From assembly GCA_052390515.1 (NCBI GenBank), contig JBQTGV010000218.1:1-35044 (forward strand): a stretch of 35,044 bases of DNA, in the 5' to 3' direction. Positions 26,454-35,044 of the stretch are shown here, piece by piece. The notes below the pieces were generated by a model. That model worked only from the letters and a program-made list of their open reading frames with translations, had not been told where the DNA came from and made no database searches. The stretch comes from Candidatus Eiseniibacteriota bacterium (GTDB lineage Bacteria > ARS69). Each line of letters opens with the position of its first letter. Positions within the stretch are counted from its first letter, which is position 1. Both the position numbers and the translations under genes were made by a program.

Positions 26454-26473
26454 GGCTCCGGCACCCCGGAGCC
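26454..26473 (-). terminator. Hairpin between the sigma and anti-sigma genes (terminator or processing site)
   Basis: GGCTCCGG-CACC-CCGGAGCC perfect 8-bp stem, extendable with a bulge; no clear U-tract. Confidence 0.35.
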
Positions 26474-26525
26474 CGCCCCCAACCGCGTCCGTCCGGGAAA
26501 ACCCGCGGACCGCCCCGCCAGCCGC

Positions 26526-27131
26526 TCACTCCTGCAGCTCCCCGACGTCGTGGTCGCGTTCCAGGATCTTGCGGAAGGCCTCCCGCGCCCGGTGGATGCG
26601 GGCCTTCACCGTCCCCAGCGGCAGGTCCAGCGCCACCGCGATCTCGTCGTAGGAGAGCTCCCGCTGGTGCCTCAGCACGAGGATCATGCGGTGTGCCTCG
26701 GGCAGCTTCGCCAAGCAGTCCGCGAGAATGGCCGAGCGCTGCCGGAGCTCCAGCTCCTCCCCCGGTCCGCGTGCGGAGTCGCGCAGCTCCCGAGTGGGAC
26801 CGTCCTCCCCCGAGACCGACGGCGCGTCGAGCGAGACCGTGTCCAGCCGCCGGCGCCGGATCCAGTCGATGCACAGGTTCGAGCCCACGCGGTAGATCCA
26901 GCTCGTGAAGGGGTACACCGGATCGTACTTGCGGAGCGATCGATGCACGCGCACGAAGATCTCCTGGGTGAGATCGCGGGCCTGCTCGGAGTCGTGGGTC
27001 ATGCGGTAGGCGAGGTTGTAGAGGCCGCGCTCGTAGCGGCACACCAGCACGGCGAAGGCGCGGTCGTCGCCGTCCGCGGCGCGCCGGGCGTACACGCGGT
27101 CGTCGAGCGGAGGGGACGGCTCGCCTTTCAT
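26526..27131 (-). CDS. ECF RNA polymerase sigma factor (SigW-like)
   Basis: Region 2: GDDRAFAVLV..Y...LYNLAYRM...ARDLTQEIF...YD...PFTSWIYRVGSNLCID. Region 4: LSYDEIA..LDLPLGTVKARIHRAR. Confidence 0.93.
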   Translation of the reverse strand: MKGEPSPPLDDRVYARRAADGDDRAFAVLVCRYERGLYNLAYRMTHDSEQARDLTQEIFVRVHRSLRKYDPVYPFTSWIYRVGSNLCIDWIRRRRLDTVSLDAPSVSGEDGPTRELRDSARGPGEELELRQRSAILADCLAKLPEAHRMILVLRHQRELSYDEIAVALDLPLGTVKARIHRAREAFRKILERDHDVGELQE

Positions 27132-27255
27132 GTCACCGTCGCGGCGGTGCTCACCGCGCCGGCCGCGACCGCGAAGGACTCGACCGCGAGACCGAGCCCG
27201 ACGGCTGTCCACTCTCGCGGCATTCCCGCCTCCGGTCCAGAGCGTCCGATCCTAG

Positions 27256-28653
<1,398 letters not shown>

Positions 28654-28679
28654 ACGGGCTGTGAGGCGGAGGTGGCGAG

Positions 28680-29225
28680 GTGCTGGGAAGCTCGTGGAAC
28701 GTCGCCCCGCCGAGGCGGCCCGTGCCGGGCTCCGGGCGGACCGCACTGGGTAAGCGAGGCAAATCGAAGAGCGTGTTCGCGCGGCGCGGCGGCGAGAAGC
28801 GCGCCGTGGTGGCCGTTCGCCGCGCGCTGAACCGCCGCAAGGGTCCCCGCGCCGCCGCCGCTCCGATGGCCGTCCCCCAATCCCTGCGCGGCGCCGCGCT
28901 CGAGCTTCGCCGCTTCTCGCAGCTCGTCGAGCAGAAGTTCCTGAGCCGCCAGCGGCTGCGCAACGTGCTCATCGCGCTCGCCGGCATGTGGGTGCTGTGG
29001 ACCTTCGTCATCGGCGACGCCGGCCTCGTCCGGCTCTGGAGCGTCCGGCACCAGAACGCGAAGCTCGAGACGCAGATCGAGGAGCTGGCCGAGCAGGAGC
29101 AGATCGTGAGCGCCGAAGTGGACGCGCTGTCCGATCCGAAGAGCAACGCGGTCGAGCGCATCGCGCGGGAAGAGCACGGCATGGTCCGGCCGGGCGAGAA
29201 GCTGGTGAAGTTCTACGAGGACTGA
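28680..29225 (+). CDS. ftsB: Septum formation initiator (FtsB/DivIC family)
   Basis: Single TM ending GDAGL, a coiled coil, then VERIAREEHGMVRPGE; follows eno (a commonly conserved order). Start is GTG 28680 (GGAGG SD) or ATG 28866. Confidence 0.85.
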   Translation: MLGSSWNVAPPRRPVPGSGRTALGKRGKSKSVFARRGGEKRAVVAVRRALNRRKGPRAAAAPMAVPQSLRGAALELRRFSQLVEQKFLSRQRLRNVLIALAGMWVLWTFVIGDAGLVRLWSVRHQNAKLETQIEELAEQEQIVSAEVDALSDPKSNAVERIAREEHGMVRPGEKLVKFYED

Positions 29226-29312
29226 GGTCCGTCTCGAAAGATCGGCCGACCGCCGAGCGTCGTCACCGGCCCCGCTCGTCACCGCCGATCAGCGGCTCTT
29301 CCACCGGCATGC

Positions 29313-32300
29313 TCACGCCACCGCCTGCGGCTGCGGCGTCCCCCGCAGCTCGCCGCTCTCTTCGCCGGCCTCTGTCTCCTCCTTCTCCGGCGAGAAGCGC
29401 GCGAGCGACAGGTACACGACCGGCACGAGCACCAGCGTGAGGAACGTGGAGAACAGGATCCCGCCGACGACGGCGATCCCCAGCGGCGAGCGCGCCTCCC
29501 CTCCCGCCCCGATCCCCAGCGCGATGGGCAGCACTCCGAAGATCGTCGAGAACGACGTCATCAAGATGGGGCGAAGGCGGATGCGCGACGCCTCCAGCAC
29601 CGCCGCGCGCGTCTCCTGCCCGCGCCGTCGGAGCTGGTTGGCGAACTCGACGATGAGGATGGCGTTCTTGGTGACGAGCCCGACCAGCATGATCAACCCG
29701 ATCTGCGAATAGATGTTGAGGCTCTGCCCGAAGATCAGGAGGGACACGAGCGCGCCCACGACCGCCAGCGGCACCGAGAGAAGAATCGTCAGCGGATGGA
29801 TGAAGCTCTCGAACTGCGCCGCGAGCACGAGATAGATGAAAACGATGGACAGCAGGAACAGCCAGTAGAGGCTCGTGCTGGACTCCCGAAACTCCTGCGA
29901 CTGGCCCGAGAAATCGCGGCGCACGGTGGGCGGCAGGTGCTCGTCCCGGATGCGGTCCAGGTCGTCGAGCGCCTGGCCGAGCGCCACTCCCGGCGCCAGG
30001 TTCGCGGTGATGGTGGCGGAGCGCACGCGGTTGTAGTGGTTCAGCTCCTTCGGCGCCACCGTCTCGCGCACTTCCACCACGCTGGCGAGCTGCACGAGAC
30101 CGCCCGTCCCGCGCACGTAGACTTCGTCGATCACGTCGGGCGTGGCGCGCTGGCCGGGCCGCACCTGCACGATCACGTCGTACTGCTTCGAGCCGCGCTT
30201 GAACTCGGTGACCACGCGGCCGCCGAGCAAACTCTCCAGCGTGCTGCCCACGTCGGTGACGGAGACGCCGAGCTGCGCGGCCCGCTCGCGGTCGATGGTG
30301 ATGTCCAGCTCCGGCTTGTTGAGGCGAAGGTCCGAGTCCAGGTTCACGAGGTAGCCGAGCTCGGACGCCTTCATCATCATCGTGCCGACGGCCATGCCCA
30401 GCTCCTCGTAGCTGTCCGCCTGCAGCACGTATTCCACCGGGCTCGAGCTGAACTGCCCGCCGAGGCTCGGCGGATTGATCATGAAGGCCAGCACTCCCGG
30501 AATGGAGAACGTCTGGAAGAAGAGCTCCTGCACGATCTCCTGCTGGGAGCGGTCCCGTTCGCTCCGATCCTTGAGCAGCAGGAACACGAAGCCGTTCGTG
30601 ACCCGTCCCGGGCCGTTGAAGCCGAGGCCGGTCGCGGTGAAGAGCCCCTCGCGCTCGGGCAGCGGCAGGAGAATCTCCTCCAGCTTGCGCATGTACGAGT
30701 CGGTGTACTCCAGGGTCGCGCCCTCGGGAGCCAGCACGATGCCGAAGGACACGCCGCGGTCCTCCACCGGCACGAGTTCCCGTGGCAGCCGCAGGAAGAC
30801 GAACACGGTGAGCACCACGAGAGCGGCCGACACGAGAATGGTCGGCAGCGGCCGCGCCACGATGGCGGCCAGGCGCGCGGCGTAGAAGCGCTCCATCCAA
30901 TCGAAGAACGCGTCGAACGAGCGGCCCGCCCAGCTCTTGGAACCGTGCAGCGGCTTGAGGATCCGCGAGCACAGCATGGGCGAGAGCGACAGCGCCACGA
31001 ACATGGAGATGATGACGGCGAAGGCCAGGGACGCGCCGAACTCACGGAAGAGTCGGCCGACGTTGCCGGTCAGGAAGGCGACCGGGACGAACACGGCGAC
31101 GAGCGAGATGGTCGTCGCCACGATGGCGAAGCCTATCTCCTTCGCCCCGTCCAGCGCGGCGCGGCGCCTGGACTTGCCCATCTCCACGTGCCGGTACACG
31201 TTCTCCAGCATCACGATGGCGTCGTCCACCACGATGCCCACCGCCAGCACGAGCGCGAGCAGCGTCAGGATGTTGATGGTGAAGCCCAGGAAGTAGATCA
31301 CCGCGAAGGTGCCGATCAGCGAGATGGGAATGGCCACGGCCGGCACGAGCGTCGCGCGGAAGCTCTTCAAGAACGCGAACACGATGAGGATCACGAGCCC
31401 GATGGCCAGGAAGATCGAAGTGGACACCTCGTCGATGGACTCCTGGATGAAGAGCGACGAGTCGTAGGCCACGTCGAGCTGCATCCCCTCGGCGAGTCCG
31501 GTGCGCATCTCCGGGATCAGCTCGCGCACCGCCGCGGCCACCTCCACGGTGCTCGCCTTGGTCTGCTTCACGATGCCGAGGCCGATGGCCGGGATGCCGT
31601 TGTAGCGCGCGATGGTGCGCTCGTCCTCCGGACCCACCTCCACCTCGGCGACGTCCCGCAGCCGCACCAGATCGGTCGCGCTCTCCACCACGATGATGTC
31701 GCCGAACTCCTCCGGAGTGGCCAGCTCGCCGCGTGTGCGCACCGAGAACTCGCGGCCGGTGCCCTCCACCCGGCCGCCGGGAATCTCCGCGTTGGCCAGC
31801 GCGATGCTGCGCTCCACGTCCTGCGGCGTCAGGCCGAAGGCCGCCATGCGCTGCGGGTCCAGCCAGACGCGCATCGCGTAGCGGCGCTCGGCGCCGATGA
31901 AGACGTTGGCCACGCCCGGCAGGCGCTGCAGCCGGTCCTTGAGCACGAGCTCGGCCACCTCGGAGAGCTCCAGCTCGGTGTGCCGGTCGCTGGAGAACGC
32001 GATCCAGAAGATGGGCTGCGCGTTCGTGTCCACCTTCTCGACGATGGGGTCGTCCGCCGCTTCGGGCAGGCTCCCGCGGATCCGCGACACGCGGTCGCGC
32101 ACGTCGTTGGCGGACTCGTCCACGTCGCGGCCCAGCTCGAACTCGACGGTGATGACCGAACCCTGCTCCTGACTCGACGAGCGGACCGTCTTCACGCCCT
32201 CGATGGTGGCGAGCTGCTCCTCCAGCACGTCGGTGATCTCGGTCTCGATCACGGACGGCGAAGCACCGCGGTAGAACGTGGTGATGGAGACGATCGGCGG

Positions 32301-32423
32301 ATCGATGTCCGGGTACTCGCGGACCGGCAGGCGCAGGAAGGCGATGACCCCGAACAGGATGATGGTGAGGTTCATCACCGTGGCGAGGACCGGCCTCTGG
32401 ATCGAGATCTCGCTGAGCTTCAC
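29313..32423 (-). CDS. RND efflux permease (AcrB/AcrD/AcrF family)
   Basis: VKLSEISIQRPVLATV, LPVREYPDIDPP, GIVVDDAIVMLEN, LSPMLC, GLVTKNAILIVEFANQ and RLRPILMT motifs; GTG 32423 overlaps the MFP stop. Confidence 0.96.
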   Translation of the reverse strand: MKLSEISIQRPVLATVMNLTIILFGVIAFLRLPVREYPDIDPPIVSITTFYRGASPSVIETEITDVLEEQLATIEGVKTVRSSSQEQGSVITVEFELGRDVDESANDVRDRVSRIRGSLPEAADDPIVEKVDTNAQPIFWIAFSSDRHTELELSEVAELVLKDRLQRLPGVANVFIGAERRYAMRVWLDPQRMAAFGLTPQDVERSIALANAEIPGGRVEGTGREFSVRTRGELATPEEFGDIIVVESATDLVRLRDVAEVEVGPEDERTIARYNGIPAIGLGIVKQTKASTVEVAAAVRELIPEMRTGLAEGMQLDVAYDSSLFIQESIDEVSTSIFLAIGLVILIVFAFLKSFRATLVPAVAIPISLIGTFAVIYFLGFTINILTLLALVLAVGIVVDDAIVMLENVYRHVEMGKSRRRAALDGAKEIGFAIVATTISLVAVFVPVAFLTGNVGRLFREFGASLAFAVIISMFVALSLSPMLCSRILKPLHGSKSWAGRSFDAFFDWMERFYAARLAAIVARPLPTILVSAALVVLTVFVFLRLPRELVPVEDRGVSFGIVLAPEGATLEYTDSYMRKLEEILLPLPEREGLFTATGLGFNGPGRVTNGFVFLLLKDRSERDRSQQEIVQELFFQTFSIPGVLAFMINPPSLGGQFSSSPVEYVLQADSYEELGMAVGTMMMKASELGYLVNLDSDLRLNKPELDITIDRERAAQLGVSVTDVGSTLESLLGGRVVTEFKRGSKQYDVIVQVRPGQRATPDVIDEVYVRGTGGLVQLASVVEVRETVAPKELNHYNRVRSATITANLAPGVALGQALDDLDRIRDEHLPPTVRRDFSGQSQEFRESSTSLYWLFLLSIVFIYLVLAAQFESFIHPLTILLSVPLAVVGALVSLLIFGQSLNIYSQIGLIMLVGLVTKNAILIVEFANQLRRRGQETRAAVLEASRIRLRPILMTSFSTIFGVLPIALGIGAGGEARSPLGIAVVGGILFSTFLTLVLVPVVYLSLARFSPEKEETEAGEESGELRGTPQPQAVA

Positions 32424-33580
32424 GTCGTCGGTTCCCCTGCACCGTCTTCGCCCTCTGCCGGCGCGGCAGCACCCGCCGGCGGGGCGATCGGACCGCCGCC
32501 GCCGCCGGCCGGCGCCTGACTGTTCACCGCCATGACCTTCGCCCCGGGGTAGAGCTTCTGGTGGCCGGCGCGCACCACGAGCTGGCCCTCGGTGAGACCC
32601 TGCACCACCTCGACGCTCCCCGTGAGGCGGATGCCGAGCTGGATCGGCGTGCGCGCGACGGTGCCGTCCTCCTGCACCACGTAGACCAGGAACTCCGCGC
32701 CCTCGGCGAACACCGCCTCGCTGGGGACGGTCAGCGCCGACTCCCGCGCGGCCAGCACCGAGCGCACGTTCGCGGACATCCCCGGACGGAAGCGCTGCTC
32801 GGGATTTTCCATCCGCGCGATGACGCGCACGCTGCGCGTCGCCGGATCGAGCGTGGGATCCACCACGTCGATCTTCCCGGAAAGCTCGTAGCCCGGATAC
32901 GCGGTGGTCGAGACGGTGACTTCCCGCCCTCGGTGAAGATCCGCCGCGTAGCGCTCCGGCACGGCGAACACGACCTTCAGCTCGTCCAGTTGGGCGAGGT
33001 CGGTGATGCGGCTGCCGGCGCGCAGGAAAGCGCCGGGGCTCACCTCGCGGGCGCCGACCACGCCGGAGAACGGCGCTGTGATCCGCGTCTTCGCCAGACG
33101 GGCGCGGGCGAGGTCCGCGTTCGCCTCGGCCACGCGCAGATCGGCCTCGGCGTCGTCCCAGTCCTGGGGTGCGGCCGCGCCCTGCTCGACGACGCTCTTC
33201 ACACGGTCGGCCATGGACTTCGCCTGATCCCGGAGCGCCTCCGCCCGCGCGAGATCCGCGGCCAGCTCGGCGTCGTCGAGCTGCGCGAGCAGCGCGCCCT
33301 TGCCCACGCGGTCGCCCTCCCGGAACGGCAACGAGATCACGGCGGCGTCGATCTCGGAGACCACGTGCACGGCCTCCCCCGCCTCGAGGCCTCCCACCGT
33401 CTCGAACACGTCGGCGATGGGTGCGACCACGACCGGCGCCACTTCCACCGCGGTCGGGGGCATCTGGAACCCGCCGCCCTCGCCGCCGCCGCCGCCTTCG
33501 CTCGCGCTCCCACCGCATCCGGCCGCGGCCAGCGCCGCCGCGGCGAGCGCCGCCGGGAACTTCGCTCCGTTCGCTCTCAT
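32420..33580 (-). CDS. RND periplasmic adaptor (MFP) lipoprotein
   Basis: Lipobox-like AAGC; EGDRVGKGALLAQLD, ITAPFSGVVG, DPATRS, RPGM and VPSEAV motifs. Confidence 0.94.
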   Translation of the reverse strand: MRANGAKFPAALAAAALAAAGCGGSASEGGGGGEGGGFQMPPTAVEVAPVVVAPIADVFETVGGLEAGEAVHVVSEIDAAVISLPFREGDRVGKGALLAQLDDAELAADLARAEALRDQAKSMADRVKSVVEQGAAAPQDWDDAEADLRVAEANADLARARLAKTRITAPFSGVVGAREVSPGAFLRAGSRITDLAQLDELKVVFAVPERYAADLHRGREVTVSTTAYPGYELSGKIDVVDPTLDPATRSVRVIARMENPEQRFRPGMSANVRSVLAARESALTVPSEAVFAEGAEFLVYVVQEDGTVARTPIQLGIRLTGSVEVVQGLTEGQLVVRAGHQKLYPGAKVMAVNSQAPAGGGGGPIAPPAGAAAPAEGEDGAGEPTT

Positions 33581-35044
33581 GGACTCTCCTCGGGTGCGAG
33601 ACGCTCGAGCTCCGCGGCCGCCTTCGCCGTGCGGACCAGCGCGTCCGAATATCTCTCCTGCGCCGCGGCGAAATCCGCGCCGAGCCTCACCAGCTCGAAC
33701 GCGGTCGTGCGGCCGTTGTCGTAGTCGATGCGGCCCACGCGGACCTGCTCCAGCGCCGCCTCCACTCCCTCGCGGGCGAGCGTCAGCCGGCGCACGCCGT
33801 GCGCCAGCTCGCGGTGGCGGGCGCGCACGTTCTCGCGGACGCTGCGCTCCAGCGCGATGACACGCTGCTCGGCGCGGGCCGCCTCTCCGGCGAGACGGTC
33901 CTTCTCGCCGCGGCCTTCGCGGAATCCGATCGGCACTTCGACGACGACGCCGACGCTCCAGGTCGGCGCGTCACGGCCGAGCGCCCGGTCCACGGCGTCG
34001 CCGCGGCCGCCGGAGGTGGCCACGCGCAGCGTGTCGGCCAGGCCGTCGCCGTCCAGATCGCCGAAGGTGATGGGCTGCGGATCCCCGGCGAGGCCGTTGC
34101 CGCCGAGCGAGCCGACCACGTCGAGCGCCGGGAGCGAGTTCCACTTCGCCGCGCTCGCCTCCGCGCGTCGCGCATCCAGCTCCTGCCGCGCGGCGCGCAG
34201 CTCCCCGTTGCGCTCCAGCGCGCGCGACACGAGCGCGTCTTCGGTGCCGACGGGCAGCTCGGCCGGCGGCTCGGTCGCGGCGTGCCAGCGCGTTCCCTCC
34301 GCCGGCGCACGGCCGAGCAGCGTCACCAGCCGGTCGGACACCTCGTCGAGGCCCTCCTCCTCGTCGATGGCGTCCAGCTCCTGCTCGGTGAGGAACACCT
34401 TCGCCGTGGCGACGTCGCTCGGGCCGACGAGACCGGCCGCGGCGCGGGACTCGGCCTGCTCGAAGAACGCGCGGGCCTGGTCGACGACGAGGCGCTGCAC
34501 GGCGAGATCCCGCTCGGAGGCGTAGAGGTCCCAGTACGTGGCGACGGCGTCGGCCCGGACCGCGAGGTGCGCATCCGAGCGCCGCGCTTCGGCGGCGCGC
34601 AGCTGGCTGCGGGCCGCGGAGCGATTCCCCCAGGCCGCCGGCCCGAAGCCCTTGAGCAGCGGCTGACGGATGCGCAGCCGGCCGTTCGCCGTGTACATGG
34701 GATCGACCGTGGCGAAGTCGTCGCTCGTCTTCAGCCGCTGCGTCTCCAGACGGGCCTCGAGCTCCGTCCCGATCGGAAAGCGCATGCGCGCGCCGGCAGC
34801 GCCCTCGCTCGTCCTCGTCTCCACGATGCCGACGGTCGAGAAGGGCGAGGTGTTGGGCACGTCTTCCTCCGAGACGGTCAGGTCCCCGAAGAGCACCGGG
34901 TCGAACGCTCCGTTCTCCCGGCGAAGTGCGCCGGCCGCCGCGCGTACCGCAGCCTCCGCGTCGTGGCCGCCGGGGGGGGGCTGGAGGGAGCCGGCCCCGG
35001 CCGCGTCGAGCGTCAGGTCTTCGCCCCCGATCCCCACCCGCGCC
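33577..35044 (-). CDS. TolC family outer membrane efflux protein (5' partial)
   Basis: GAFDP, IRQPLLKGFG, AYW-like TYWDL, LPALDV, WSVGVVVEVPIG and YDNGRTTAFEL motifs. The frame stays open to the window end. Confidence 0.9.
   Translation of the reverse strand, partial: ARVGIGGEDLTLDAAGAGSLQPPPGGHDAEAAVRAAAGALRRENGAFDPVLFGDLTVSEEDVPNTSPFSTVGIVETRTSEGAAGARMRFPIGTELEARLETQRLKTSDDFATVDPMYTANGRLRIRQPLLKGFGPAAWGNRSAARSQLRAAEARRSDAHLAVRADAVATYWDLYASERDLAVQRLVVDQARAFFEQAESRAAAGLVGPSDVATAKVFLTEQELDAIDEEEGLDEVSDRLVTLLGRAPAEGTRWHAATEPPAELPVGTEDALVSRALERNGELRAARQELDARRAEASAAKWNSLPALDVVGSLGGNGLAGDPQPITFGDLDGDGLADTLRVATSGGRGDAVDRALGRDAPTWSVGVVVEVPIGFREGRGEKDRLAGEAARAEQRVIALERSVRENVRARHRELAHGVRRLTLAREGVEAALEQVRVGRIDYDNGRTTAFELVRLGADFAAAQERYSDALVRTAKAAAELERLAPEESP

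Overview
High-GC (roughly 70% by eye) bacterial DNA from a diderm organism (it encodes TolC and Omp85), gene-dense, with about 30 CDS. I saw no tRNA, rRNA, CRISPR array or mobile element. Left to right: a partial sulfotransferase (-); START-like protein / HDAC-family deacetylase / acylphosphatase (+); M16 peptidase / HAL2-type PAP phosphatase / glcDEF-like oxidase (+); small lipoprotein / YceI (+); two exported amidohydrolases (-); a translationally coupled operon of signal-peptide methyltransferase / squalene-synthase-like protein / beta-propeller / CPBP protease (+); DUF1573 / rhodanese / MauE-DoxX (-); a DUF6982-like protein; a single-POTRA Omp85 protein; a SigW-like ECF sigma, anti-sigma and bactofilin-like membrane protein (-); eno-ftsB (+); and a TolC/MFP/RND efflux operon (-, partial). 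The best candidates for undescribed systems are (i) the methyltransferase-SQS-propeller-CPBP operon, whose enzymes show altered catalytic motifs, (ii) the ECF module with an internal ECF-type promoter in front of the anti-sigma and beta-helix membrane protein, and (iii) the CGC-motif DUF1573 / Cys-less rhodanese / MauE trio. All family calls come from recognising motifs by eye; no searches were run.
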